From positions 3,162,001 to 3,226,000 of the forward strand of contig JANHCV010000001.1 of NCBI GenBank assembly GCA_025594325.1: a DNA stretch of 64,000 bases, given 5' to 3'. The stretch is from Blastocladiella emersonii ATCC 22665. Taxonomy: Eukaryota; Fungi; Blastocladiomycota. Below, piece by piece: positions 34,950 to 47,100 of this stretch. The position numbers were made by a program, and so were the translations under genes. Under the pieces are notes generated by a model that saw nothing but the letters and a program-made list of their open reading frames with translations, made no database searches and was not told the origin of the DNA. Numbering within the stretch: the first letter of the stretch is position 1; every line of letters begins with the position of its first letter.

Positions 34950-35640
34950 GCTCTCGAGCTTGGGGCGGCCCTGGATCTCCTAGAGCAACTCACACACAAC
35001 ATCGTTAAGCGCGACGTTTCTTAGAGCTACGGCGCGGATCTACTCGACCAGCATGATCAGCACGTTGGCGGGCACGAGCGCGACAAGGCGTGCCTCCTGC
35101 TCATGGTGCTGCGTTGCGAGTCTGCAGTCATCGAGTCACGCACGCTGTAACCGTGAGCGGCGAGTGGAGCAACGGCAGCGACGTTGATCCGCTTGCTGGT
35201 CAGTGGAGTTGAGCCCGCCTGCGCCAGATCGACGTCAGCGGCGGGCTGTACAAGAGTACGCATGGACACCGCATCAGCTTTAAAGCTGAATCTTACTGAA
35301 GACGACCACGTTGCAGCCGCGGACTGACCAGCCATAGACAGATCAGCGGAGAGTCGAAGAGCGCGCCGCGCCACCGCGTGAGCTGCCACCCAGCTCGAGC
35401 AGTTTTTGAGTGCAGCGCTTCGCTCGGCGTCCCCCCTACGACCTTCACCATGAATTAGAGATCCCTACCCCCAAATCGCAATGTAAACTGCATGCAATGG
35501 GCTGAGCTCATTCGTCTTGTCTCTATGCGCAGCTCATTCTTCGAGGGATCTTCAATCGTGCCGGCCCGACGACCGCGGGCTCCTGGCGCTGGTCACCAAC
35601 CTTGTCCTCGCTCAAATGGCCGGCTTCGCCTCGGCGCTGC
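34950..35640 (+). pseudogene. Degenerate 5' portion of the adjacent LRR gene
   Basis: LRR-like fragments in shifting frames (RLRQIDVSG, QLILRGIFN, LSSLKWPAS) interrupted by stops; GC is markedly lower than in neighbouring genes. Confidence 0.4.
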
Positions 35641-36754
35641 CGCTGTGCAGTGGCCCGCCAGCTTGACCTCGCTCACGCTCGACGACTTCAAGCTCTGGAC
35701 GGCCGTGGTCCCGCTCCTTGTCCAGCGCCTGCCGCCAACTTTGACGGAGCTGCGCCTTGTGAACTGCCGCGTCCAGGACTCAGCCGTCATTGCCCTTCTA
35801 CACACGATTCCGCAGCTGCAGTCGCTCACTCTCAAGGACATCGACCTTTCATTCAAGCGACTCGCCATGTACTCGGCCGCGTTTCCGCCGTCGCTGCATA
35901 CGCTCGACATCTCGGGCAGCAAGCTGCGCTTCTCAGACAAGACGCCGGTCCCCGTCTGGCCGCTCCCGCCTTCGCTTCGCACGCTCTTGCTTCACGGCGC
36001 GACCATTGACGAGCGCGGTTTCATCGCGCTGGTTGACTCGCTTCCGCCGCAACTCACAGTCCTCGACCTCGGCAACTGTACTATTCTGCACGCAACGGCA
36101 CCACACCAGGCGCCCCACCCGGCACAATACCCGGCCCTCACCAAGCTGCTCACATCGCTGCCCGCCTCGATCACGCACTTGGACCTGAGCGGGCAAACGC
36201 TCACGAACAGTCTCTGGTCGCTTCCGCCTTCGCTTCGCATGCTCTCGCTCAACGGCGCGACCTTTGACGAACGCGGGCTCATCGCGCTGGTCGACGCGTT
36301 CCCGCCGCGACTCACGGTCCTCGACCTCGGCAACTGCACCATTCTGCACGCGACGGCACCCCACTGGGCTCCTCACCTGGCCGAGTACCCGGCCCTCACC
36401 AAGCTGCTCACGTCCCTGCCCGCCTCGATCGAATACTTTGACCTCACCGGGCAAAAGCTCACGAACCGGCTCGCCCGCCAGTTCTCCAAGAACATACCGC
36501 CGGCACTCGAGGTGCTCATTCTCAACGGCTCCGGCATGACGCACCTCGCGTCCATGGACGTGATCGAGCGGCTTCCCCAATCGATCCGCCGTCTCGAGCT
36601 GACCTCGGTCAGTTTGATGATGTACTGTTGCGGCTGGCTCGTCAAGACCTACCCGCAGCTCACGTGCCTCGTCCTCGAGAAGCAGGCGATGGACGCGGCG
36701 GCGGCCCGGTTCATCGAGACCAACATCCCGCCCTCGGTGCTCAAAATGGTCTAG
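35492..36754 (+). CDS. RNI-like leucine-rich repeat protein (possibly 5'-truncated or pseudogenising)
   Basis: LPPTLTELRLVNC, FPPSLHTLDISG, LPPSLRTLLLHG, LPPQLTVLDLGNC, LPASITHLDLSG, LPQSIRRLELTS. Confidence 0.7.
   Translation: MQWAELIRLVSMRSSFFEGSSIVPARRPRAPGAGHQPCPRSNGRLRLGAAAVQWPASLTSLTLDDFKLWTAVVPLLVQRLPPTLTELRLVNCRVQDSAVIALLHTIPQLQSLTLKDIDLSFKRLAMYSAAFPPSLHTLDISGSKLRFSDKTPVPVWPLPPSLRTLLLHGATIDERGFIALVDSLPPQLTVLDLGNCTILHATAPHQAPHPAQYPALTKLLTSLPASITHLDLSGQTLTNSLWSLPPSLRMLSLNGATFDERGLIALVDAFPPRLTVLDLGNCTILHATAPHWAPHLAEYPALTKLLTSLPASIEYFDLTGQKLTNRLARQFSKNIPPALEVLILNGSGMTHLASMDVIERLPQSIRRLELTSVSLMMYCCGWLVKTYPQLTCLVLEKQAMDAAAARFIETNIPPSVLKMV
35956..36472 (+). repeat. 258-bp (86-aa) tandem duplication within the LRR ORF
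   Basis: WPLPPSLRTLLLHGATIDERGF...YPALTKLLTSLPASI recurs as WSLPPSLRMLSLNGATFDERGL...YPALTKLLTSLPASI; units start at 35956 and 36214. Confidence 0.9.
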
Positions 36755-37239
36755 TCGGGGGCGGCGGTTCGCGCATCCGTCCGTTTCTCGCAATAATGTA
36801 CTATGACTTCGGCCTGCAATCCCATGGATGGTACTGAAAGCACTTTTTCAACTTGATTGGCGCAAGCAGAAGTCGCCGCGCGTGAAGCTCGAGGACCCGT
36901 GGCGGCGCGAGCAAGACGTGTTGCGCCACAGAGCGCGTCGCATCACGAAACGCATCAAAAATGGCCGACGCGAGCTTATAGAGCAGCGAAGCGAAGTGGG
37001 CGACAGGACAGTCAGCGTGAGGGTCGCGGAGGAGCGCGCGCTCGGAAACTGCGCCGTCGCGTCCCGCGAGTGTCTCGCAGGGGGGCACGTGCGGCGTGCC
37101 GCGTCGCGTCGCTTCGCGTGTTGGTGCGCTGTGCGCCCTCGCGTTTTAGGCAGCCGGGCTGCCCGTCTTGTCCCTCGCCTCGCGCACTTTCGCCGCGTCC
37201 CCACGCTCCGCCTGCAACCGCTACACCGCGCAATCCATC

Positions 37240-37833
37240 ATGGCGCAGAACCACTCGACTCCGGCCCCTGCAATGACATCAAGCACCGCCGGCACGCCCG
37301 ACCTGCGCCTCCGCCTCACCCTCCCCAGATCAAGGGAGCACGTTCTCTTGAGCCGCCGGGCGGCCCGCCTGTCCGGGCACCTGCGCAAGGTCCTCATGCG
37401 CATCGGCCCCGCCGCCACCGAGATCCCGCTCCCGCCCGACACATCGAAGCGCACGGCCAACCGCCTCGTCGCGTGGATGGAGTTCCACGCCGCGGACGAG
37501 AACCCGGCGCCCAACCCGGACCTGAGCGAGGACGAGGAGATCGACATCCTGCGCCACATGGTCATCCCCGAGTGGGACCGCGCGCTCCTCGACCCCCTCA
37601 CGCACACGGCCCTGTGCCGCCTCATCGCCGCCGCCCACGCCTTCGAGATCAAGCCGCTTGTCGACCTGGCGTGCCTCACGCTTGCCCGGCGGGTCGACGC
37701 GTGCAAGGACGAGGAGGAGATCCGCAAGGTGCTCAACCTCACCGACAACCTGACCGAGGAGGAGAAGGCCCAGATCCGCATCGAGTACGCGTGGACCGAG
37801 CTCGGCCGCGAGCCCGCCCAGGGACCCCGCTAG
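37240..37833 (+). CDS. Divergent Skp1-family protein, intronless
   Basis: EIPLP...RLVAWMEFH...IPEWDRALL...LIAAAHAFEIKPLVDLACLTLARRV...EEEIRKVLNLTDNLTEEEKAQIRIEYAW matches the Skp1 POZ plus C-terminal helices. Confidence 0.85.
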   Translation: MAQNHSTPAPAMTSSTAGTPDLRLRLTLPRSREHVLLSRRAARLSGHLRKVLMRIGPAATEIPLPPDTSKRTANRLVAWMEFHAADENPAPNPDLSEDEEIDILRHMVIPEWDRALLDPLTHTALCRLIAAAHAFEIKPLVDLACLTLARRVDACKDEEEIRKVLNLTDNLTEEEKAQIRIEYAWTELGREPAQGPR

Positions 37834-38132
37834 CCGCCTGGCGACCCGTATTTCGCAAACGGTCTTTGGCGGCGCTTTGGCAGGCAATATACTACGACTA
37901 GTTTCTGCATTTCATTCAATAGCTTGGGGAACGGCAGCGGCGCGACAAGGACGCGCTGCGCCACGTCGTGGCACGGTTGCTCGCGCCAGTTCCCTTGTCA
38001 TCGGCACGCCCCCGCGCCCCGCCGGACCTTGCTCGACTCATGTCGTGTAAATGCGTCAAAAATGGCCCTCGACGGTGGCCGGCTCTATCATACAAAACAA
38101 CAACATCAGAGAAATACAGCCGCGAGACGGGG

Positions 38133-41100
38133 TCACTGGTACTGCGCGAGCTCCATGGCCATGATCATGTTTTTCTCGAGGATCGAGTCCATCTCGGACT
38201 GGAGCTGCTCGATGCGGCCCTGGAGACTCGCGTTGACCTCGCGCAGCGCCGCGACCTGGTCCGCCGCGCCCGCGCTCGCGCGCAGCTGCGTGACCTCGAC
38301 TAGCACCGCGTCGAGCCGCTCGGCGAGCTCCTCGTTGCGCTGCTGCGCCTGCGAGTACTGCTGCTGCAGCCGTATCAGGTCCGACGCCATGGTCTGCGTC
38401 TCCTCGGCGTGCGCCGTGTCGCGCGCCTGCACCAGCGCCTGTAGCTGCCGCTTGGCGTGCACCTGGTCCTCGACCGCCATTTGCGCCTCGGACAGCTTGG
38501 TCTTGAGGTCCACGATCACCATCGAGTACTCGTGCAGCTCGCGCCGCAGCTCGTCCTCGATCTCGTTTGGCGCAATCGACGACGCGGGAGCCGGGATCGT
38601 CGCTGGGTCGATCGAGACGGTCGGCGAGGCGGGCGGGCTCGTGGCCGTGGCCGCGTGCTGCAGCTGCACCTGCATCCGGCGCCGTGCGGGCGTCGGCGTC
38701 GCGCCACCCGTACCGGCCGTGGCCACCTGCTCCTCGAGATCAAGCAGCCGCCCGCACACCACCTCGTAGTCGATGGTCGCTGCGACACGGCGGCGGAGCG
38801 TGTCCACGTCGCCGACCTCGGCCTCGAGCGCGACGAGTCGAGCGTGCTTGTGCTCGTAGTCGGCCGAAGCCGCGGCCTGGGTGCGCAGCGCCGCGAGCTC
38901 CAACACGCCGACCTCGAGCGCCACAAGCCGGGCGTGCTTGGCCTCGTAGTCGGCCATGCCCGCAATCTGGTTGCGCAGCGCGTCGATCTCGGCCTCGCTT
39001 GAGACGCGGGCCTCAAGCTCCTGCACGCGCAGCTGCAGCGCGAGGACCTGGCGGTGCTTGACCTCGTAGTCCGCGGTCGCTGCCACCTGCGAGCGCAGCG
39101 CCTCGAGCTCGACGCACTGGCTCTCGAGCTCGTTGCGCGCCGATTCCAGCGACTGGACCAGCGCCGGGGTCTCGCTGCCGCGACTCGCCCGGCGAACGGG
39201 TACGGGGGTCGCCGCCGGCGAGTTGTGCGCGTCCTGCAGCTCGGTCTCGAGCGCCGAAACGCGGTGGATCAGGTACGCGTGGTCGGCGCGCGCCGCGAGC
39301 TGCGTCTGCAGCGCGTCGATGAGCGCGAGGTGGTCCTCGCACGAGTCGGCCGTGGGGAGGAACTCGGTCGACACGGTGGCGCCGAGGCCGCGCTGCGTGA
39401 TCGTGTCCGTGGAGCCAAAGAACTCGAGCGACCGGTTGAGCGTCGGGGTCGGGTCCCCCATGTCGCTGTCCGTCTCCTCGATGGTGATGGCGGCGGTCGC
39501 CGAGGTGAGCGCGAGCAGCTGAGAGCGGAGGTGCTCGTAGTCGGCCGTCGCGGCGGCATGGACACGCAGCGCCTCAAGCTCGGCCTGAGTGCCCTCGAGC
39601 TGATGTAGGCGCCGGCGGAGGTACTCGTAGTCGGCCGACGACGCCGAGTGGCGGCGAAGCGACTGGAGCTCCGAGTGGTTCCCCTCCAGCTGCGCGAGGC
39701 GTGCGCGGAGGTGCTCGTAGTCGGCGGTGGCGGCGGCCTGGGTGCGGAGCATCTCGACCTCGGTGCGGAGCGCAGCGAGCTCGGATCCCGCGGCCTCGAG
39801 CGCCTGCATGCGGCGGCGGAGGTGTTCGTAGTCGGCTGTGGACGCCGCGACGGTGCGCAGCATCTCGAGCTCGGGCTGGACACCATCGACGCCGTGGAGT
39901 CGGCGGCGAAGGTGCTCGTAGTCAGCCGTCGCAGCCGAGTGGCGGCGGAGCGACTGGAGCTCGGCCTGGGTGCCCTCGACCTGCGCGAGCTTGGACCGCA
40001 GGTACTCGTAGTCGGCAGCCGCAGCGAGCTGGGTGCGGAGCGTCTCGACTTCGGTGCGCAACGCAGCGATCTCGGCGCCCGCGGTCTCGAGTGACTGGAG
40101 CCGTCTGCACAGGTGCTCGTAGTCGGCCGTGGACGCGGCATGGACCCGCAGCGCCTCGAGCTCGGCCTGCGTGCCCTCGAGCTGGTGCAGGCGACGGCGG
40201 AGGTACTCGTAATCGGCAAAGGAAGCGAGCTGCGACTGGAGCGAGTCGGCGAGCACGAGGTCGGTGGGCGCCGCAGCGAGACCCGAGTCGGCGGGCATCG
40301 GGGCGAGCGAGCGCGAAGCCTCATGAGCGTGGGGGTGGTCTCCGTCGAGGCTCTCCGTGTCAGCGTCTGAGAAGGCATGATCAGCGGCCATGGCGGCCGC
40401 GAGCGACTTGGCAAGGATGAACTCGAGCGACGCAAGCTTGGCGCGGAGCTGCTCGTTCTCGGCCGCCAGCGTTGCGCGCTCGGCGTTCGACGCGAGCGAC
40501 CGGTTTACCACCAGCGAGGCCACGGACATGGTCGCCGTGAGCTGCTGCACCTGGCGGTGTAGGTATTCGTGGTCGGCACGCTCGGCCGCGACGTGGCGCA
40601 GCCGCTCGACCTCGTTGGCGAGACCCTCGAGGCGCGCGAGCTTGCCGCGCAGGTACTCGTAGTCGGCCTGCCCAGCGAGCGCGGCCTGCGTCTGCGCGAG
40701 CACCTGGTCAGCGCGCTCGAGGTCGACGAGCCGCGCGTGCTTGTGGTCGTAGTCGGCGCACGCGGCCGCGGCGGTCAGGGCGCGGTCGAGGTCGCGCTTG
40801 AGCTGCGTGTTCTCGGCGGCGAGGTCGGCGACCTGCGGCTCGAGCTGCTGCAGACGCGCGTGTTTGTACTCGGCGTCGGCAAAACCAGCGAGGCGCGTCA
40901 GCATCTCGTCGAGCTGGGCGCGGAGCTCGAGGTTCTGGGCGATGACGCCCTCGAGCACCTCGGCCGCCTCCTCGTCGCCGGCGTCGCCCGCAGCGCCGAG
41001 GCCGCGCGACCTCGGCGACTGGGCGTTGAGCATCGACTGGGCGTGCGTCTCGGCGTCGACGAGCCGCGCCTTGAGCTCGTGGATCGAGCCCTCGAGCGCC

Positions 41101-44100
41101 GCGTTGTGCGAGGCCAGCGACGCGTACTGCGCGCGGATCTCGGCCTCGCGGTTCTGCGCGGCCGGAAGCGCCGTCTCGAGGTCGAGGAGGCGGTGGCACA
41201 TGTACGAGTAGTCGGACTGGCCTGCGAGTTGGGCGCGGAGCGCGTCGGTCTCAGACTCGAGCGACTGGCGCACCTGCTGGACGTGCGCGAGCTGGTTGGC
41301 GAGCGAGTCGCGCTCGGCCGCTAGGGCGTTGACCTCGGCGGCGAGGGTCTCGAGGCGGTGCAGCTGGGTCTCGGTGCTCACGACCGAGACGGGCGACGGC
41401 GGAAGGGCAATGTTGGCGAGCTCGCGCGTCGCGACCGACTCGGGCGAGCCCGCGGGCAGGTTGCGCATTATGGTCTCGCGCTCGGCAGCCGCCTCATCGA
41501 GCTCCCACTGGAGCGACTCGACGGTCTGCGCGAGCTTCTCGGCCTTGGCGCGGGCGGCATCCGCGTTGTCCTGGTGCGCGACGCACGCCGCCTCGGCCTC
41601 CTCGAGCTCGGCCGACAGCTGCGCGACCTGGTTCTGCAGCGCGATCACCGTGGCGTTGGCCTGCTGGTACTTGGCCTCGGTCACAGCGGCCGCGCGCTCG
41701 AGGTCGTCGACCTGGGCGCGCAGCGTCTCGGCCTCCGCCGTGAGCTCGGCGATGACGCCCTCGTCAGCAGGCGGCGTGGAAGCCAAATCACGCGTCGTCG
41801 CCTCGTGCGCAGCAACGGCCTCGGCGAGATGACGTCGCAGAGCATCGACAGTCTGGGCGAGCTTCTCGGCCTTGTTGCGGGCGGCCTTGGCGTCTTCCTG
41901 GTGCGCGTCGCACGCCGCTTCTGTCTCCTCGAGCTCCATCGACAGCTGCGCCACCTGGTTCTGCAGCGCAATGACGGTCGAGTTGGCTTGCTGGTACTTG
42001 GCCTCGGCGGCGGCGGCAGCGCGCTCGAGCTCCTCGACGCGGGCGTGGTCCGAGGCGGACGCGCTGCCCTTGGCGCTCTCGAGCTCGTCGATCTGGGCGC
42101 GGAACGCGTCGGCCTGCGCCTTGAGCTCGGCGATCTCGGCCTCGTGCGCGGCAATGACGCGGCGCTCCTCCTTGAGTTCGCGCATGAGCTGGTCGAACAT
42201 CTGCTTCTCAGTGACCGACTCCTCGCGGTAGATGGATTCGGCGCGGCGGAGCTTGGTGTTGAGCTCCTCGACCTGCGTCGACTGGATCGACGACTGCGTC
42301 TTGTACTCGCGGACCTTCTTGACCATGCGGTCGAGCTTCTCCTGCTGCTGCAGCGCGGCCTGCTCCGAGAGCATCTTCTCCTGCTTGATCGCCATGAGCT
42401 TCTGCTTGGACTCCATGAGCTCCTCCTCGAGCGCGGTCGTGAGCTCGGTGTGCTCGGACGTGGCCTTGGCGAGGTCAGCGGCCGCCTTGGCGAGGTCCGA
42501 CTCGGCCTTGACCGCGCGGGACTGCGCGGCCGTGAGCTGCGACTTGGTCGTCTCGAGCTCCTCCTCGAGCACCTCGAGGATCTCGGCGTGCTCGGCGTCG
42601 GCCTTGGCGGCACGCTTCTGGGCGTCGGCGAGCTGCGCGGCGTGCGCGGCGCTGGCCTTGTCGGCGCGCGACTGGACGGCTTCCAGGTGCGCCGCGAGCT
42701 TGGCAATCTCGGCCTTGATCTCGGCCACCTCCGAGTCCTTGGACGCGGCCGTGGAGCGGAACTTGACGGCGCGCTCGCTGGATTCGGCGACGAGAGACTC
42801 GTGCGCGGTCTTGGCCTGGTCGAGCTCCTTCTTGAGCGAGGCAGCGAGAGCCGACTCCTCGTGCAGCGCGGCCTTGGCCTCCTCGAGCTCGGCGCGGGCG
42901 GCATCGAGCGCCGCAGCCTGCGACTGGATCTTGGTCTCGAGCTCGGCGCGGCTCGAGTCTGACTCGAGGGCGAGGCTGCGCGCGGCCATGGCGCTGGACT
43001 CGAGGGCGGCGAGCTGCTCGGTGAGGGCCTTGTGCTCGACCGCGTGCTTGGCGGTCGTGCGGGCGAGCGACTCCTCGAGCTGGGCAACCTTGGCCGACAT
43101 CTCCTGGAGCTGGCCGTCGCGGGCCTGGACGTCGGCCTGCAGCGCAACGATGGTGTCGCCCGACTTCTGGAGCTCGGCTTCGTACGCGGCGAGGTCAGTT
43201 TGCAGCGCGGACTGCTCCTCGGCCGCGGCAGTCGCCTTGGCGGCGGCCTCGGCCTCGGCGGCGGCGAGCTGCGCCTTGGCCTTGGCGACCTCCTCCTTGA
43301 GCACGGCGACGAGCGTGGTCTTCTTCCTGAGCGATGAGGTGAACTCCTCAATGGTCGCGGCGTCCGTCTCGACCTGCTGCGTGAGTTCGGCAATGGTCTG
43401 CGCGTCCGAGTCGGCCTGGTCCGACAGCTCCTGGGCGGCCGCAGACTGGGCCTCGAGCGACGCCGTGAGCTCGGCGACAGCGGCCTCCTTTTCGGCGGTA
43501 ACACGGTCGCACGCAGCCACGGCGTCCGCGAGCTGCGCCTTGGCCGCACTGAGCGCCGCGTTGAGCTCGGCGACCTGGGCGTCGACGTTGGCGGCGGTCC
43601 CGTTGATGAGGTCCGTGAGGCGAGCAATCTCGGCCTGCGCCGCGGCAACGTCAGCGGCGCGCGAGGCCGCATCCTGGGCGGCGCGGTCGAGGTCGGCGCG
43701 GAGCGTGTCGGCGTCCTCCTCGTGCGCGGTGCGCACGCGCTGGACCTGCTCCTCGAGCTGGGCGACGAGCGCCGTCTTGGCCTCGAGCGACTGGGCGAGC
43801 TCGGCGGCAGTGGCGACCTCGGTCTCGAGCGCGCGCGAGCTGGACTGCGCCGACTCGAGGGCTGCCGTGAGCGAGTCGACCTGCTCAGCGAGCGACGCGT
43901 GCTGCGCTGCGAGTTCTGCGACACGGGCGTCGTGGTCGGCGACCGCGGATGCGAGCTCGGACTCCTTGGCGGCGGCGGCGGCCTGCTGCGCGGCCTCGGC
44001 GGCGGCCTTGGCCTTCTCGACCTCCTCCTTGAGCAGCGCGATGAGCGACGACTTCTTCTTGACGGAGCTGACGCTCTCGTCGAGGACCTCCTGCTGCTCG

Positions 44101-47100
44101 GCGAGCTGGGCGCGGAGCGCGTCACACTCGGCGGCAGCCGCGTCGTGGGTCTGGGTCAGAGCAGCGACCTCGGCGTCCTTGGCGGCGACGGCGGCGCGGA
44201 CGGCCGCGAGGTCGCGCTGGAGCACCTCCTCGTTCTCGAGCGCGGCCGTCTCGAGGTTCTCATAGTCGGCGCGCAGCTGGCGGATCTGCGAGCTGCGAAG
44301 CGCGAGCTCGGCCTCGGCTTTGCGCAGCGCCTCTGCGGCCTGGTGCTGAGCGGCGGCGCGGGCCTCCTCGATCTCCATCTCGGCCTCGGCGCGCGCGTCC
44401 TCGATCTCGCTCGCGGCTGCGGCCTTGACCGTGTCGAGGTCCTTGCGCAGCGACGCGACGAGGTTGGACCGGGCCTCGAGCTCGCGCGACGCGAGCTGCA
44501 GCTTGCCGACGAACGCCTCCGAGTCGGTGAACAGCTTGGCGTACTCGGCCTGGTGGCGGGCCACATCGTTGTTGAGCCGGTCGATGGTCTCGGCGCGCGC
44601 AGCGAGGTCGGCGCGGAGCGACGCGGCGTCGCGCTCGGCATCCTTGAGCGCCGACACGGCCTTGACGAGCTCCGTCTCGCGCTCGTCGAGCTTGGCGCGC
44701 AGCTGGTCTGCCTCGTCGCGGGCGCGCGCCGCCTCCTCCTTGGACTTGGTCGCGTCCTCGTCCATGAAGGTGCCGGTGCTGAAGAAGTCGAGGGTGCGCG
44801 CGAGGTCCTGCGGCGGCGACGTGGACCGCGACTTGTTGCGCTCGTCCTCGAGCTCCTTGCGCAGCGAGACGAGCGTCTCCTCGGACAGCGCCACCTTGGA
44901 CTCGAGGTCGGCGACCTGGCGCTGCGTCGTCAGCAGCTGCGACCGGAGCGCGTGCAGCTCGACGGCCTGGGTGCTGCACTCGGCCGTCTTCTGACGCGAC
45001 TGCGCCTCGAGCTCGGCCGACCGCGCCTCGAGCCGCGCCGCGCGGTCGCGCGCCTCGGTGAGCTCGTCGCGCAGGGACTCGACCTCCTCCTCGAGCGAGG
45101 CGACCGAGTCGCGGTAGTGCGAGACCTCGTCGCGGGCGCGCGCCAGGGCGTTCTTGTGCTCGTCGGCGAGGGCGCGCGCGCTCGACGTGTCGTGGTCCTC
45201 GGTCGCGGCGTTGCGCGCGGCGACGACCGTGGCCTCCTCGAGGGCCTGCTCGGCGACAAGCTTGGCGTGGATCGCGTCCTCGAGCTGGCGCTTGGTCTCG
45301 TCGTGCTCTTCGGCCATGGTCTGGATGCGCGCCTTGCAGTCGGACACGGCGGCGCGGGCGCGGTCGAGGAGCGCCGACTTGTCGGCGAGCTCAGCGCGCA
45401 CCGTGTCGAGCATGTCCTCGAGGTCGTGGATGCGGCCGTGGAACTCGTCGACGCCGGCAATCACCTGGTTCGACTGGCGCAGCTCCGTGACGAGCGCCTG
45501 CAGCTCCTCGTTGCGCGTGGCCACCTCGTGGATCTCCTCGTGCAGCTGCTCGAGCATCAGGTCGTAGTCCTTCTTCTGCTGCTCGGCGAACCGCGCGACC
45601 TGGTTGATCTTGCCGTTGGCCTCGGCGAGCTGCGCGCGCGCCTGGTCGATCTCGGCGTCGCGGTCGTCGAGGAGCCGCTCCATGGACTCGCGCTGCTCGC
45701 GCGTCGCCGCGTTCGAAAACACCTCCTGCGCCGTGGCCGACAGCGACAGCTTCTCCTGCATCTGGCGGCGCTCCTCGTCGAACTTGACGGCCTGGCGCTT
45801 GAGCTGCGAGACGAGTTCGCGCTCGCGGGACTCGAGCTCGAGGATCCGCGGCTGGAGCGACGTGGACGCCGCCTGCTCGAGCTCGCGGACGCGCGCGCGG
45901 GCCTCGTCGCCGCGCCGCGCGAGCTCCGACACGCGCTGCTCGAGCTTGAGCTTCTCGTCCTTGGCGGCCGTCAGCTGGCGCGACGTCTCGACGAGCTCCT
46001 GCTCCATGCGCTCGTGCGTCTTCTTGAGCCGCGCGAGCTCCTCGCCGCGCTGCGCGTCGCGCTTCTTCATGGCGTCGTGGTCCGCGAGCCGCTGCAGTGC
46101 TTCCTCGGGCGGCAGCATCGACTGACGGAACACGGACCGCCGCACCGGCGCGCCTGACTTGACCTCCTGCAGCGTCTCGAGGATCATGGTGTCGCGCGGC
46201 CGCTTGGGCGTCGCGAACGGTAGCCGGAGCTTCTCCTTTTCGCCCGTCGTCTATGTTCGCGGGCGTTGTTAGCGATGCTCGGCAATCGAAGACACGCGAG
46301 CCGAGCGTACCACGAAGAGCAGATGAACAAACAGCTCGAGCAGCGCGTCAAAGTCCTGGGCCTGGGCCGAGTGGCGGCGCGCCTTGTCGGGCGGGCTCTG
46401 GCTGAGCGACTGCTGGAGGGCCTTGAGCTGGACGGCGACCTTGACGCACTCGCCGATCTCGTACTCGACGTCGAACAGCTTGGACTCGAGCTTCCACACC
46501 GTGTCAGTGAAAGTGGCCTCGACCTCGCGCTCGTCGTGCTGCGCCGTCGAGCTCTCGAACAGCTGCGTGATCTGGTGCACGAGCGACCGCACCGACGATT
46601 TGGACAGGACCGCCGCGTACGCCTCGAGCTGCGCGATGCGCGAAAACGAGTTGCGCTGGCCGCCCCCGCTGGCGACGAGGGCGCGCGGGGACACGGGCGC
46701 CGGCGAGCCAGGGAGCTCGATGGCCGAGGCGGCGGCCTGCGCTTCGGCCTCGGCCTCGTTGCCGTGCTGCTGTTCCGCGGCATCGTTGCCATTGGGCGTG
46801 TTGGGCCGGTCGAGGTGCGGCGCCGAACGGGACCGCGGCATGTTGGGCGGCTGCTGGTGGTGGTGGTGGTGGTGTGGTGGCACGCCGTTCTGCGGCGACC
46901 CGCCGGCAGCGACGGCCGCGGCCTCCTCGGGCGTATAGCTCTCGAAGATGTCGAGCGACGCGCCAAAGTCGAGTTCCGGGATCAGGCTGGTCACCTTGGG
47001 GTTGCCGCGGGCCTTGCCGCCCGAGATGGACGACGTGGACCCCTTGCGTCCGGCGGGCGACGAGCGCTTGAGCTGGAGCTCGAGGTCCGACTTTTGCTGC

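Noticed and set aside
36801-37901. ORFs 36828-37901 (+) and 36801-37088 (-) between and overlapping the LRR and Skp1 genes
   Set aside because: No recognisable domain or coding bias; the + ORF is mostly an off-frame reading of Skp1.
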